DNA of 64,000 bases from Alphaproteobacteria bacterium (GTDB lineage: Bacteria; Pseudomonadota; Alphaproteobacteria; Bin95). Within the stretch, counting starts at the first letter, position 1. The number at the start of each line of letters is the position of its first letter. Below, in pieces: positions 40,325 through 50,713 of the stretch. The notes under the pieces were generated by a model that saw only the letters and a list, made by a program, of their open reading frames with translations, ran no database searches and had not been told where the DNA came from. The position numbers and the translations under genes are program-made. The stretch lies in assembly GCA_030833925.1 (NCBI GenBank), contig JAURGE010000001.1, forward strand, positions 79,535 through 143,534. The letters are read 5' to 3'.

Positions 40325-40938
40325 GAGCCAGCTGCCTCTTTTAGAGATGCAGTTAAAAGTTCAGAGAGTGATACTTCAGATCCAATTTTACTAACGGCCC
40401 GGGAAACCGCGCTAAAGGCTTCTGACCGGCCATATCCCAAGTTAACTAATGCAGAAATTGCCTCAGCATGTTCTTTACCGGCTTGGCTATCAGTGTTCGA
40501 ACCAAAATCTGCCTGGAAAGTTGGTGACGTCGTTCCACCTTCCAAAACTCTGTCTTTGAGGACAGAGATTATGCGTTGAGCTAGCTTAGGGCCTACGCCC
40601 TCTGCTCGTGAAACGGTCTTTCTGTCGTCAGAAAGAATAGCCGCAGCAAGTTCATCTTGGCTGAGCGCAGAGAGAATTTGTAAAGCCACGCGGCCTCCAA
40701 CACCCTGCACGCTAGTTAGAAGTTTGAACCAAGTTTTTTCGCCAGATGCTGCGAATGCATATAGGACGATTGCATCCTCACGAACCTGTGTTTCAACCTC
40801 GAGACGCACTGGTTTTCCTGTTTCGGCGACTGCCAGCGTTTTTGATGAGCAATTGATCAGGTAACCGACCCCGTTCACGTCAACAATTGCCTGACCACTG
40901 CCTAAACTTTCAACAATTCCTGCGAGACGGCCTATCAT
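40321..40938 (-). CDS. ruvA: Holliday junction DNA helicase RuvA
   Basis: 205 aa and RuvA-like. It overlaps ruvB by 4 nt. Confidence 0.9.
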   Translation of the reverse strand: MIGRLAGIVESLGSGQAIVDVNGVGYLINCSSKTLAVAETGKPVRLEVETQVREDAIVLYAFAASGEKTWFKLLTSVQGVGGRVALQILSALSQDELAAAILSDDRKTVSRAEGVGPKLAQRIISVLKDRVLEGGTTSPTFQADFGSNTDSQAGKEHAEAISALVNLGYGRSEAFSAVSRAVSKIGSEVSLSELLTASLKEAAGS

Positions 40939-41459
40939 ACGTTAGATACCTGTGCCCATCGGTTCATCGTTTGGCTTGAATGGGCGTGGCAAATCGCGAC
41001 TGCGATCGCATCAGCCGCGTCCTCATTTGCAAACTCAACACCGGGTAACAAGCGCGCCGCCATCGCGGCAACCTGAGCTTTATCAGCTGAGCCATAGCCA
41101 ACCAGCGATTTTTTTACCTCTTTGGCAGCATATTCTGATACGGGCAATCCAGCCCTCGCTGGAGTTAGCAGAACGACACCGCGTGCGAGGCCAAGCTTTA
41201 AGGTTGTGCCTGGATTACGGTTTAGAAATGTTTCCTCCACGGCTGCTTCATCAGGATAAAACTCTCGAATTACTGCCGTTATGCCTGCATCAATCTCGGT
41301 CAAACGTTCCGGGGTTGGAGCTTTTGCCACTGTTTGGATTACGCCGTTGGCTACATGCGAAAGCCGATTGCCTTCGGCCACAATTATTCCCCAGCCTGTT
41401 CTTTGCAGACCAGGATCCAGACCAATTATGCGGCGGGACAATCCCATTTTAGTTAGCAA
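40935..41459 (-). CDS. ruvC: crossover junction endodeoxyribonuclease RuvC
   Basis: 174 aa with a RuvC-like sequence, including the catalytic acidic residues. Confidence 0.9.
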   Translation of the reverse strand: MLTKMGLSRRIIGLDPGLQRTGWGIIVAEGNRLSHVANGVIQTVAKAPTPERLTEIDAGITAVIREFYPDEAAVEETFLNRNPGTTLKLGLARGVVLLTPARAGLPVSEYAAKEVKKSLVGYGSADKAQVAAMAARLLPGVEFANEDAADAIAVAICHAHSSQTMNRWAQVSNV

Positions 41460-42231
41460 GCTCCGCCATCACATCGTCGGGTATGTCGTAGTTACCGAAA
41501 ATAGTCTGCACATCATCGTGCTCATCCAGCACTTCAAGTAGCTTCATTAAGCTAACTGCCTTTTCGGTATCGATTGGAGATAAATTTTGTGGTCGCCAGG
41601 CCAGTTTAGCTGAAGATGGGGGTCCAAAAACCGCTTCAAGGCCCTCTCGGACGCTTGAAAGATTGTCTGCTGCAGTGAATATTTCATGCAATTCTTCGGC
41701 GGATTGCACGTCTTCAGCCCCTGCTTCAAGAGCAGCCTCGAAGACCGTATCATGGTCAATCTCAGAGCCCTCATAAACCACCAGCCCAACCCTATCGAAC
41801 ATGAATGCGACGGAATTAGTTTCACCCAGCGAGCCACCATATTTGTTGAAGGCTGCTCGAACGTCCGCCGCCGTGCGGTTCCGATTGTCTGTCAGGGTCT
41901 CCACAATTAACGCAACACCGCCAGGGCCATAACCTTCATAGCGAACTTCTTCAAAATTTTCGGCCTCGCCATCAGCTCCGGATGCCCGTTTGATAGCACG
42001 ATCAATGCGATCGTTAGGCATGTTTGCACCCCGAGCGGCTTGGATGGCAGCTCTAAGTGCAGGATTCCCTGAGGGGTCTGGGCCTCCACCGGTTTTTACA
42101 GCAACCATGATTTCTCGCCCGATACGAGTGAATATTTTCGCACGTTTCGCATCCTGTGCGCCTTTGCGATGCATAATATTCTTGAACTGTGAATGGCCTG
42201 CCATGTTTGATACCCACCGCTGATCAGTCAT
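41449..42231 (-). CDS. yebC: YebC/PmpR family DNA-binding transcriptional regulator
   Basis: 260 aa and YebC-like. It is conserved upstream of ruvC. Confidence 0.9.
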   Translation of the reverse strand: MTDQRWVSNMAGHSQFKNIMHRKGAQDAKRAKIFTRIGREIMVAVKTGGGPDPSGNPALRAAIQAARGANMPNDRIDRAIKRASGADGEAENFEEVRYEGYGPGGVALIVETLTDNRNRTAADVRAAFNKYGGSLGETNSVAFMFDRVGLVVYEGSEIDHDTVFEAALEAGAEDVQSAEELHEIFTAADNLSSVREGLEAVFGPPSSAKLAWRPQNLSPIDTEKAVSLMKLLEVLDEHDDVQTIFGNYDIPDDVMAELAN

Positions 42232-42433
42232 CTTGGATTAGCATTAATCGGACCATACCCAAATTAGGGCGTCTCGCAAACGAATCGAATTTGAAATTTC
42301 AGGAAAACTGGAGCCCCAATATTTTGGAAGGCTTTGAACTGGATAGCGCATGGTATTAAGAAAACGAAAACTAACTGTAGCTGAGCTCATATTTTTTCAG
42401 GCGAGCACGATTCCGAACGTGAAATGCTTATTT

Positions 42434-43237
42434 TCAAGAAATTTCCAATCCAAATCCCTCTCTGAATGGTTTAATTTTTGACGCTAAGCCGGTTTTGCTA
42501 TCAGTTTCTACAAACACGCCGGCCAAGGACCCGTCCCCATCAGCGGGTCCCATCCTTTCTCCGCGTCGCTTGGTTCGGAAAGTTTGGATTGATGTTTCCT
42601 TGCGCATGCCAATAACAGAGTCGTAGTCACCGCACATGCCAGCATCAGTAAGGTAACCTGTGCCGCCACGCATTATGTGGCCGTCTGCTGTTGGAACATG
42701 GGAGTGAGTTCCAACGACCAATGAGGCTCTTCCATCGAGGAAATGACCCATAGCGCGTTTTTCGCTTGTTGCTTCTCCATGCATATCAATCACGATTGCT
42801 GCAACATCTTTTCCGAGTACAGCCGTTGCCATCACTTTTTCCATAGCTTGGAAGGGGCAATCTAGGGGGTCCATGAACAATCGAAGCATCACATTGGCGA
42901 TTAGAGCTTTTCCTGCTCTTTCAGTTTCGACTATCGCCCAGCCTCGACCAGGAGTTCCTGTCGGGAAGTTGATGGGACGAATCAATTTTGGATCATCACC
43001 AATATGGGTAAGAATTTCTCGATTGTCCCAAACATGGTTGCCAGTTGTGATGACATCCACCCCTGATTCGTACAGGTCTTTGCAAATTTTGGGCGTTATG
43101 CCGAAGCCGTGAGCTGAATTTTCGCCATTGACTACTAGAAGATCTAGATCAAAGCGTTCGCGCAGGCCTGGAGCTGCAGCAATAACAGCATCGCGGCCAG
43201 AACGTCCAACAATATCACCAAGAAAAAGTATTCGCAT
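42434..43237 (-). CDS. YmdB-like metallophosphoesterase (TIGR00282 family)
   Basis: The sequence starts MRILFLGDIVG and has GNH and GTHSHV phosphoesterase motifs. Confidence 0.65.
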   Translation of the reverse strand: MRILFLGDIVGRSGRDAVIAAAPGLRERFDLDLLVVNGENSAHGFGITPKICKDLYESGVDVITTGNHVWDNREILTHIGDDPKLIRPINFPTGTPGRGWAIVETERAGKALIANVMLRLFMDPLDCPFQAMEKVMATAVLGKDVAAIVIDMHGEATSEKRAMGHFLDGRASLVVGTHSHVPTADGHIMRGGTGYLTDAGMCGDYDSVIGMRKETSIQTFRTKRRGERMGPADGDGSLAGVFVETDSKTGLASKIKPFREGFGLEIS

Positions 43238-43259
43238 AAGAAACTCTTATAAATTCATA

Positions 43260-43853
43260 TTAGCTAGACCTGAACTGCCTATAGCCTTGCTCGGTCAGAA
43301 TGCCATCAAGCAGCTCGTCTAGAGCATTACTTGGCACCCGTTCTATTTCCTGTCCTGCAAAAGCTAGCCCGTAGGCTCTTACGGCTCGATCTTTACGAAG
43401 CTTAGCAAGTGTCCGGTCATAGTATCCACCACCATAGCCAAGACGTCGTCCTGCTGAATCAAAAGCTAGGAGGGGCAGAAAAAGTACATTTGGTTCAAGC
43501 ACATGCGCACCAGGAGGCGGCTCTTGGGTCCCAAAAGGTCCTGGGCGCAAAGTTGTATCCGCAGTAAAACGTCTAAAAATCAATGGCTTGTGCTTTTCTC
43601 CGGTAACGGGCAGAACAACGCGACGTCCAGATTGCAGCAATTCTCTAATAAGAGGCCTACAATCCAGCTCCTCATTCATTGGCCAGTAAAGAGCTGCAAC
43701 ATCTTCCAGCCCTATAAGACCGTGGTTACTAGCTATACGAGTGACAGTTTCACCGGCATGTGAAGCAGCATTGAACATATCCCGACGGCGAGTTTGCATT
43801 TTTTTGCGAAGGGACCTCTTGGCAGAATCAATTGGGAGCATGTTCTTCTTCAC
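43260..43853 (-). CDS. 5-formyltetrahydrofolate cyclo-ligase
   Basis: Conserved C-terminal GYGGGYYDR motif. The listed ORF begins with GTG at 43853, and an ATG lies 12 nt downstream. Confidence 0.75.
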   Translation of the reverse strand: MKKNMLPIDSAKRSLRKKMQTRRRDMFNAASHAGETVTRIASNHGLIGLEDVAALYWPMNEELDCRPLIRELLQSGRRVVLPVTGEKHKPLIFRRFTADTTLRPGPFGTQEPPPGAHVLEPNVLFLPLLAFDSAGRRLGYGGGYYDRTLAKLRKDRAVRAYGLAFAGQEIERVPSNALDELLDGILTEQGYRQFRSS

Positions 43854-43863
43854 CGTAAGGGTG

Positions 43864-44034
43864 CGTGGGGAGCCACTTGACCGTCGGACTGGAACGAATC
43901 CTCCGGGACCTCACCAAGTGAGGTGGGCGCCGTGTGTGGGAGACCACGATCCCCCGCAGTGACAGCTCCCTAGAGCTTCGATATCGGCCCCGGGATTTCT
44001 GAGGTCCTAACGCATCGCGCAGCAGACCCCACGC
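43864..44034 (-). ncRNA. ssrS: 6S RNA (SsrS) candidate
   Basis: ~171-nt non-coding segment directly upstream of the 5-formyl-THF cyclo-ligase gene on the same strand (E. coli ssrS-ygfA synteny). The 5' GCGUGGGG pairs with the 3' CCCCACGC in a closing stem. Internally 5' GGACCUCA pairs with 3' UGAGGUCC, and the central GCCGAUAU and UUGGUGAG stretches resemble E. coli 6S RNA. Ends are approximate (about +/-10 nt). Confidence 0.6.
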
Positions 44035-44143
44035 TAGCGCTATTTAGGCGTGCTAGCCGAAAATAGCTAGTGAGCTTAGGTGCCATTGCGGTCCACCTAT
44101 TCGTTTGCGTAAAATTTTTGTCGAAGACCAATAGGGGATTGCC

Positions 44144-45190
44144 ATGCGTGTTATCAGTCAACTTCCTACTAATGATTGGAAGCGGTCTTCTGTCCGTGCC
44201 AAGTGGGCTGAAGCGGCAGGTTATGATGGTGTTGCTAGTTCCGAACTTGCCCATGATCCTTTTATGCCTCTAGCGATCGCGTCTCAGGAAACACGAGACG
44301 TGCAACTCGGGACATCCATTGCTGTGGCTTTTCCGAGGAGTCCAATGGTTACAGCGAATATTGGTTGGGATCTTAACGCGCAATCTGGTGGTCGGTTTGA
44401 GTTAGGTTTGGGCTCTCAAGTCAAGGGCCACAACGAGCGCCGGTTTTCAACGCCTTGGCTCGCTCCAGTACCGCGGTTGCGTGAATATGTTCAGTCAATC
44501 CGCGCTATATGGCGTTGCTGGGAATATGGTGAGCCCCTCAAGTTTGAGGGTGAGCACTATCAATTTACCTTAATGACACCCGAGTTTTCGCCACCGAAGA
44601 CTGGATTTCCGCTGCCACCGATTAGCCTTGCCGCAGTTGGTCCAGATATGCTTCGTATGGCGGGCCGGATAGCTGATGGTGTGCGCCTCCATAGTTTCTG
44701 CACTCGAAAATACATTGAGAATGTGTGCATGCCTAAAATTGAAGAAGGTATGGCTAGGGACGGTCGTAACCGCAAAACAATTGAAGTTTCTGGAGGGGGT
44801 TTTATTTGCACTGGCCCAGACGAGGAAGCGGTAAAAAAACGAGTAGACTGGGCGCGATATCGTGTTGGTTTCTATGGGTCGACCCGCACATACCTTCCTG
44901 TTTTTGAACAGCACGGCCTGGAAGATCTTGGTCTGAAGCTTCATTCAATGTCGAAAGAAGGACGATGGTCAGAGCTTGCCGGAGAGGTTTCAGATGACGT
45001 TGTAGGGTTATTCGCAGCTATCGGGACCTATAATGAACTGCCCAACGCAATTTCGGATTCATTCGGCGGCGTAGTCGATACAATCAGATTGGATCTACCT
45101 GACGATATAGATAACGACCAACATGCTGAGCTGATTGCGAAGTTAAAAACGATACCTACCAAGTTCCAGGCATTTGATACTGCTGCTTGA
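44144..45190 (+). CDS. luciferase-like monooxygenase (LLM) class flavin/F420-dependent oxidoreductase
   Basis: 348 aa with an LLM TIM-barrel sequence, resembling the TIGR03617 group. Confidence 0.65.
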   Translation: MRVISQLPTNDWKRSSVRAKWAEAAGYDGVASSELAHDPFMPLAIASQETRDVQLGTSIAVAFPRSPMVTANIGWDLNAQSGGRFELGLGSQVKGHNERRFSTPWLAPVPRLREYVQSIRAIWRCWEYGEPLKFEGEHYQFTLMTPEFSPPKTGFPLPPISLAAVGPDMLRMAGRIADGVRLHSFCTRKYIENVCMPKIEEGMARDGRNRKTIEVSGGGFICTGPDEEAVKKRVDWARYRVGFYGSTRTYLPVFEQHGLEDLGLKLHSMSKEGRWSELAGEVSDDVVGLFAAIGTYNELPNAISDSFGGVVDTIRLDLPDDIDNDQHAELIAKLKTIPTKFQAFDTAA

Positions 45191-45203
45191 AAACCTTCAC
45201 TTG

Positions 45204-45860
45204 TCAGAGTCGAGCGAACCTCTGGGCAACTCTAGGCAGGAACGATTTAAATTTGAGTGGTGCATCGGTTGCGACCAAGCATAAACACTCCTCTGTCCCC
45301 ACGACATTAGGAGAATGTTCAACGCTTCCATCTACTTCTTGAATATCGCCGCGTTGGAATAATCTGTCGCCGTCAGCATAACAACCGGACAAAACTACCG
45401 TTAGCTCTTTTCCCCCGTGGCCATGATCAGGCACTGCTACTCCCGCAGGAATTCGAAGCAGACGCGCAACAGCTTTACCTTCGGTGGGTATAACAGCCTG
45501 ACGCACTCCTCCGCCGACGCGCCGCCACTGAACTTTTTCTAAATTGCCGCCGGTATAGTGATGCAGAACACTCGGAAGAACGCTAGTTCTAGTAAGGCAA
45601 TGTTGGATGGTTGCAGGGGTTTCCTCATCAAGCCGCTTTAGACACACAGCTAACGCATCGTCGTTGATTAATGATGCGGGGAGGTCGTCTAAGGTGACCC
45701 CGCCGAGAGCTTCAAACTCCATTGTTCGTGAGCGGCAAGATGGGCAAAACGACAAATGGGTTGCTATCGCCAAGCCCCAGGCTTCATCAAGTGAACCTGC
45801 GCCATACTCTAGAAGACAATCTTCATCCAAATGAAAGCCTGCGGCCATACTAAATCCCAC
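45204..45860 (-). CDS. ChrR-like anti-sigma factor (zinc anti-sigma N-domain + cupin C-domain)
   Basis: HLSFCPSC zinc anti-sigma motif (H-x3-C-x2-C) at the N-terminus and a cupin-like C-terminal domain. No ECF sigma gene is adjacent. Confidence 0.65.
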   Translation of the reverse strand: MGFSMAAGFHLDEDCLLEYGAGSLDEAWGLAIATHLSFCPSCRSRTMEFEALGGVTLDDLPASLINDDALAVCLKRLDEETPATIQHCLTRTSVLPSVLHHYTGGNLEKVQWRRVGGGVRQAVIPTEGKAVARLLRIPAGVAVPDHGHGGKELTVVLSGCYADGDRLFQRGDIQEVDGSVEHSPNVVGTEECLCLVATDAPLKFKSFLPRVAQRFARL

Positions 45861-45940
45861 TTGAAACTTTTTTCAAAAACGTTTGTTTTCGGCATCAAAA
45901 CCGGATCAGGACTTATTTACGTGTGTTTTACATGAACGGA

Positions 45941-47224
45941 TCATATTTTCTTTTGAAGCCAAGCAATAAAAAACCCGTCTGTTTCCGTGTCCGCTGGCGT
46001 TAGTGTGATGTGGCCGTTTGGTACTTGGATTGGAAAATCAATCTGCGGGGCATAAGAGAAATCCTCAGAACGTGTAAGAAAGGCATCAGTTTGAATTTGG
46101 TTTTCTTGCGGTAACAACGAACATGTGACGTAAACCAAACGCCCACCTGGCCTAACAAGGCGCGCCGCACGATCTAGAATGCTGGACTGAAGTTCAGTCA
46201 ATTTTGCAAGATCTGGCTGGCCACGACCCCAGCGGGCATCAGGGTTTCGCCGCCACGCTCCAACGCCAGAGCAAGGTGCATCAATCAGCACGCCATCAAA
46301 TTTTGCTACTTGACGCTTCAGCCAAGGATCTCTTCCATTAGAAATCGGACGTCGCTCAACAATATCAACCCCTGCTTTTGAGAGTCTTGGGCCAGCTTGG
46401 TCTAGGCGCCTTTTGTCGGAATCTAAAGCAAGTATGCGGCCTTTGTTACCCATAGCGGCGGCCATAGCTAAGGCCTTCCCGCCCGCGCCTGCACAAAAAT
46501 CAGCTATTCTTTCTCCTGGTTTTGGTGCAAGTGCGATTGCAGCTAATTGAGAACCTTCATCCTGCGGATCAACCACACCTTCGAGTAATCCCGGAAGACG
46601 GCCCAGAGCTACGCGGTGGGGGAGACGAATGCCTGTGTTAGCTAGAGGTGTAAGCTCGGCGTCAAAGCCGGCTCGCTTAATAGCTGCCAGGGCACTGCGT
46701 CTATCTGATTTTAGAGTATTAACCCTGAGGTCCAAGGGTGCCTCTTTCAAAAGTGCGCTAAGCTGTAACTCGGTTCTGTCGTTGAACGCATCATAGAGGC
46801 CATCCCAGGCCCAGCTTGGGCACTCTAACCTTACAGCTGCCGGCATTTCAGCGGTTTCTAATGGAGAGGGGCCGATACGGAGAAGCCAACTCCACTCAGA
46901 GGTGTTTAGCTCTGGCGGTGCATGGCTTCCACCATTGAAAAGGGTGCTAATTTCATCTGGCTCTAAGCCGTCACAGAGTAATAAATCGGCAATAAGGAGT
47001 GCTCGCGGTGAGGTTGGTGCCCCGGCTTGTTCCAGCCTCCATCCAAGTCGAAAGTGTCGGCGAGCTAGCCCAAATACTCGGCTTGCCAGCGCGGAGCGAT
47101 CTTTTGCACCGATATAACGCCGTTGCCGCTGGTAGCGCCCTACAATGAGGTCTAGAGGTCCAGGCCGCGTTTCCTGTTCTTCAAGGATCTCGATTGCTGC
47201 GGCCAAAATTGCGCTGGGTGTCAT
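45941..47224 (-). CDS. rsmB: 16S rRNA (cytosine-C5) methyltransferase RsmB/Sun family
   Basis: SAM-binding motif (DFCAGAGGKA) and the catalytic region DAPCSGVG. Confidence 0.8.
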   Translation of the reverse strand: MTPSAILAAAIEILEEQETRPGPLDLIVGRYQRQRRYIGAKDRSALASRVFGLARRHFRLGWRLEQAGAPTSPRALLIADLLLCDGLEPDEISTLFNGGSHAPPELNTSEWSWLLRIGPSPLETAEMPAAVRLECPSWAWDGLYDAFNDRTELQLSALLKEAPLDLRVNTLKSDRRSALAAIKRAGFDAELTPLANTGIRLPHRVALGRLPGLLEGVVDPQDEGSQLAAIALAPKPGERIADFCAGAGGKALAMAAAMGNKGRILALDSDKRRLDQAGPRLSKAGVDIVERRPISNGRDPWLKRQVAKFDGVLIDAPCSGVGAWRRNPDARWGRGQPDLAKLTELQSSILDRAARLVRPGGRLVYVTCSLLPQENQIQTDAFLTRSEDFSYAPQIDFPIQVPNGHITLTPADTETDGFFIAWLQKKI

Positions 47225-47760
47225 GGTTCGTTCTTTGCACCCTTGTTGCGCTTGAGGCGAACGTATAACGCCCCTTCTCCTCCATGTCGCTTATCTGCTT
47301 GGCCATATGAAGAAACAACGTCAGACATCTGGTTGAGCCACGAGGGTGTTTCCCGCTTGATTACGCCGGGCCCATTGGAATCAGGATTTAGGCCTCGTCC
47401 AGTAATAACCAGTACCGCCCTTCGCCCAATAGCATGACTGGAACTCAGGAACGCAGCAAGTGCGTGCTTAGCCTGAGCTGCGGTTAAGCCGTGCAAATCA
47501 AGCTTACCTTCAATTTCCATCCGGCCATTTCTCAGCCGGGCGAGAGTATTTCTATCAATTGGTTGTGGCTGAGACTTTGAATGGGCGGGGGGTAAATTTG
47601 AAGAAACAATGTATCTTCGGCTCACATGGGGCTTTGCCACTCGTTTTGTGGTGGTGGTGGCTATGTTTTTGTCCAAGGGAGCAGCATCTACGACTGCTCT
47701 TCGCCAGAGATCAATTTCCGCTTCTGTAGCTCGTCGCTCTTTCCGCTGGCGGCTCATCAT
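47221..47760 (-). CDS. Smr domain-containing protein
   Basis: C-terminal Smr domain (LDLHGLTAAQA...VITGRG). Confidence 0.75.
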   Translation of the reverse strand: MMSRQRKERRATEAEIDLWRRAVVDAAPLDKNIATTTTKRVAKPHVSRRYIVSSNLPPAHSKSQPQPIDRNTLARLRNGRMEIEGKLDLHGLTAAQAKHALAAFLSSSHAIGRRAVLVITGRGLNPDSNGPGVIKRETPSWLNQMSDVVSSYGQADKRHGGEGALYVRLKRNKGAKNEP

Positions 47761-48278
47761 TTATTTCTATCCACCCTGTCCGCTGCCTTTTCAGCTTCAG
47801 TTTTGGGTAACTGCCGAGCGAATGCAGTCCACTCCATACTAGGTCCTTTGAATTCTGCGCTATCATTGCCAGCAATTCTGAGTGAGATAGCGCCTACTTG
47901 CCAAAGTTCTTCAAAACTTAAATGCCCAGAAAGTGCATACTTCTCTGATCTTTCTCGTAGTCGCTTCATTACCGCGTAATTGATGGTGGTGGCCATCAAC
48001 ACAAGCATAGCCAAGACAGCTGCGGCTGAACCAATCCAGCCTCCAACGCGCCAACCACCGATAGCGAGCAAAAGCAATGCCATCCAAGGCAAAAGTGCGT
48101 CTCGCGCGCTAAATACTGGACTGCCTGGTTTATTTAAGAGCTTAAGGTCAAATCCAAGTTCAACACGTTGACCTTGAACACCATACCAGATGCGTTCGTA
48201 GAGATCTTGAATGTCTGGGTCTGCCAAGGTCCACTCCCACTGAGTAGGTAATAACTCAAGAAATCGGAATGGAAGCAA
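47757..48278 (-). CDS. hypothetical membrane protein (two predicted TM helices)
   Basis: 173-aa ORF overlapping smr by 4 nt and the GST gene by 23 nt. The start is uncertain. Confidence 0.4.
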   Translation of the reverse strand: MLPFRFLELLPTQWEWTLADPDIQDLYERIWYGVQGQRVELGFDLKLLNKPGSPVFSARDALLPWMALLLLAIGGWRVGGWIGSAAAVLAMLVLMATTINYAVMKRLRERSEKYALSGHLSFEELWQVGAISLRIAGNDSAEFKGPSMEWTAFARQLPKTEAEKAADRVDRNK

Positions 48279-48876
48279 TATTTTTTATATAAGCCGGCCG
48301 CTCACACATGCGATCATACAGCCTCTTTAGATTGGGAAGATCGGGTCTCTCAAAAGGTAAATTAAAGAAGCGGTGAATGTTGGGGCCAACAGGGAAGTCA
48401 GCCATAGTAAGCTCTTCGCCACCTATCCACTTTCTACCTTCCATCCGTGCATCTAGAATGCGCATTGCAGCTATTGATTGCTTCACTGCTGCATCGATAG
48501 CTGACTGGTCCCTTTGTTCCGGCGGTGTCCGAACAAGCCCCCAGAAAACTGGGGTGAAGGCCGGATTCTGAGTTGTTTGTTGCCAATCCATCCAGCGCTC
48601 AAGATCTGCACGGTTGGTTAATTCGCTTGGGCACAACGTTCCCATTCCGAATTTGGTGGCCAGATAACGCACAATCACATTAGATTCCCAAAGGACGAAA
48701 TCTCCCTCAACAAGTGTGGGCACCCTGCCATTAGGATTCATCGCCCGATATTCTGCCGTATCTACAACGCCGAAAGTCATACCAGCATCGATGCGCTCGT
48801 AATCAAGTCCAAGCTCATCTGCAGCCCAAAGGACTTTCATTACGTTGCTAGAAGTAACACGGCCATAAATTTTCAT
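48256..48876 (-). CDS. glutathione S-transferase
   Basis: GST N-terminal thioredoxin-like motif (RVPTLVEGDFVLWESNVIVRYL). Confidence 0.8.
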   Translation of the reverse strand: MKIYGRVTSSNVMKVLWAADELGLDYERIDAGMTFGVVDTAEYRAMNPNGRVPTLVEGDFVLWESNVIVRYLATKFGMGTLCPSELTNRADLERWMDWQQTTQNPAFTPVFWGLVRTPPEQRDQSAIDAAVKQSIAAMRILDARMEGRKWIGGEELTMADFPVGPNIHRFFNLPFERPDLPNLKRLYDRMCERPAYIKNIASIPIS

Positions 48877-48894
48877 TTTGGGCTTCCTTTAGAT

Positions 48895-50049
48895 TTATCG
48901 AGGCGAAAGAAGATAATAGCGCCCCTTGCTAGCCATGTGACCGGCGTTTTCGCCAGCCGCCTTTCCTGTCCCCCAAAATAGGTCGCCGCGCTGGGGGCCT
49001 TTGATGGCGCTTCCTGTATCCTCAGCAGCCACTAGGCGTTGAAGACGAGGCATTCCTTCGCTCGGATGTGACGCGTCCAAATAAACGATACTGGCTAAAG
49101 GGACAAACCTAGGATCAACGGCGAGACTGTACCCTGGTGTTAAAGCTGTGCCGGCAGCTCCAATGGGTCCTGCACCGTGGCGCTCTTTAAAAAAGACGTA
49201 AGAAGGGTTTTTATTCATCAAGGCTTGGGAGCGGCTGGGGTTCGCACTTAGCCAGTTACGAATGGCCGACATCGACATCTTGTCGGAGGGTATTTCCCCC
49301 ATCGCTATGAGATCTCTGCCGATAGCCCGATAAGGTCTTCCATTTTTCCCATCGTAGCCGACGCGCATCCAATCCCCTTCAGCCAAGCGGATGCGTCCGG
49401 ACCCCTGAATTTCGATAAAAAAGCCATCAATTGGATCTGACAGCCAAACTAGTTCGAGTTCTCGACCCTGTAATGCTCCCTCAGCGATTTCGGATCGCTC
49501 GTAGTAGGGTTTAAGGGTTTTTTCCTCTAAGCGTCCCTGTATCAACTGTCCCTCCAGATTTTCACTAAACATGCCAAGATCAACTGAAATAATATCTTTA
49601 GGCCGTTTATACAGAGGATATTGATACCGACCGCCGCGCTGTCTCGCACCGTAGAACTCAGGTTCAAAATAGCCTGTGAACAACCCGGAATTTGCCGGGC
49701 TATTGACCTCATAGACTCTGAATTGGCTCTTCAGGAAGCTTTTGCCATCCGGTCCATCAACAGCTTTCGCCCTTTTACAAACCAAGGCCCAGTCTCCATT
49801 GGTGCCCAGCTCAGGCCAGGCCTTGGAGGCTTGCATAGATGGATCGAGACGAAAGAATCTTGAACAAGCTTTTTTGAAAGCGTTCAGCCCAGCTCTGACA
49901 TCTGCGCTTTCCCAATTTGGCAATTTTGAAAAAGTTATTTCTTGCAGCTTTGGCGCACGATCTACATGAGGCGGTTGATGTTTTTTTTCTGGGTTTGCGC
50001 AGCTTGATAGCACCGCAACCATTAGCATAAGGGCCGCGTGGCGCCTCAT
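48895..50049 (-). CDS. mltA: membrane-bound lytic murein transglycosylase A
   Basis: Signal peptide, an MltA domain, and a 3D domain (DTGSAIKG). Confidence 0.8.
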   Translation of the reverse strand: MRRHAALMLMVAVLSSCANPEKKHQPPHVDRAPKLQEITFSKLPNWESADVRAGLNAFKKACSRFFRLDPSMQASKAWPELGTNGDWALVCKRAKAVDGPDGKSFLKSQFRVYEVNSPANSGLFTGYFEPEFYGARQRGGRYQYPLYKRPKDIISVDLGMFSENLEGQLIQGRLEEKTLKPYYERSEIAEGALQGRELELVWLSDPIDGFFIEIQGSGRIRLAEGDWMRVGYDGKNGRPYRAIGRDLIAMGEIPSDKMSMSAIRNWLSANPSRSQALMNKNPSYVFFKERHGAGPIGAAGTALTPGYSLAVDPRFVPLASIVYLDASHPSEGMPRLQRLVAAEDTGSAIKGPQRGDLFWGTGKAAGENAGHMASKGRYYLLSPR

Positions 50050-50053
50050 TGGT

Positions 50054-50713
50054 TTACTCGCCAGGTTCGGTGTCTATCAAATGCCAGTTGGGATCGCTAT
50101 TGGACAAGTCACGCTCAAAAGTCCAAAGATCGATAATTGTTTCAACTTGATTGGGCACACCGTCAATCGGCTGACCCTCAGAGTTGCGAGTGACATTAGT
50201 TTGTTCCGACTCAAACCGGACGGTTATCCGAGCAGTGGAACCCACTGTCTCTACAGCGTTTATTGATGCAGATTGGATTCCAATCAACGTCGCGTCGAGT
50301 GATTCACCCAGCTCATCTCGCTTTGAAATGGCATTATCAAGCTCTTGGTATACTTCATCGTTTGAAAGTGCGCGCAGCGTCTCGCGGTCTGATCCGGCAT
50401 AAGCAGCTAAAATCATTCTAAATGCCTCTCTAGCACCTCCAAGGAATTCTTCTTCGGAGAAGTTGGGGTCGAGAGAATGAACTTTGCTAATCTCGCCGTT
50501 GGAAGAAGGCGGCTCTGCATCAATGCGTGAAGGAAATGGAGTTATATTTTTCTCCTCTTCCTCACCTTTATTCTTAGTTTGTTGATCGCCCTCTTCATAG
50601 CGCTGCCGCTCATGACCGTGGCGTTTACCCAACACACTCCTGAGGCGTAGGATAAGGAACCCAGCAACGACCGCTAAGATGATAATTTCGATTAGGGCGT
50701 CACTATTGCCCAT
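50054..50713 (-). CDS. Tim44-like domain protein
   Basis: N-terminal TM helix and a C-terminal Tim44-like domain. Conserved next to mltA in Alphaproteobacteria. Confidence 0.7.
   Translation of the reverse strand: MGNSDALIEIIILAVVAGFLILRLRSVLGKRHGHERQRYEEGDQQTKNKGEEEEKNITPFPSRIDAEPPSSNGEISKVHSLDPNFSEEEFLGGAREAFRMILAAYAGSDRETLRALSNDEVYQELDNAISKRDELGESLDATLIGIQSASINAVETVGSTARITVRFESEQTNVTRNSEGQPIDGVPNQVETIIDLWTFERDLSNSDPNWHLIDTEPGE

Noticed and set aside
43970-44254. 94-aa minus-strand ORF upstream of the 5-formyl-THF cyclo-ligase gene
   Set aside because: It overlaps the region that folds as 6S RNA and extends into the divergent promoter. It has no coding signal or family resemblance.
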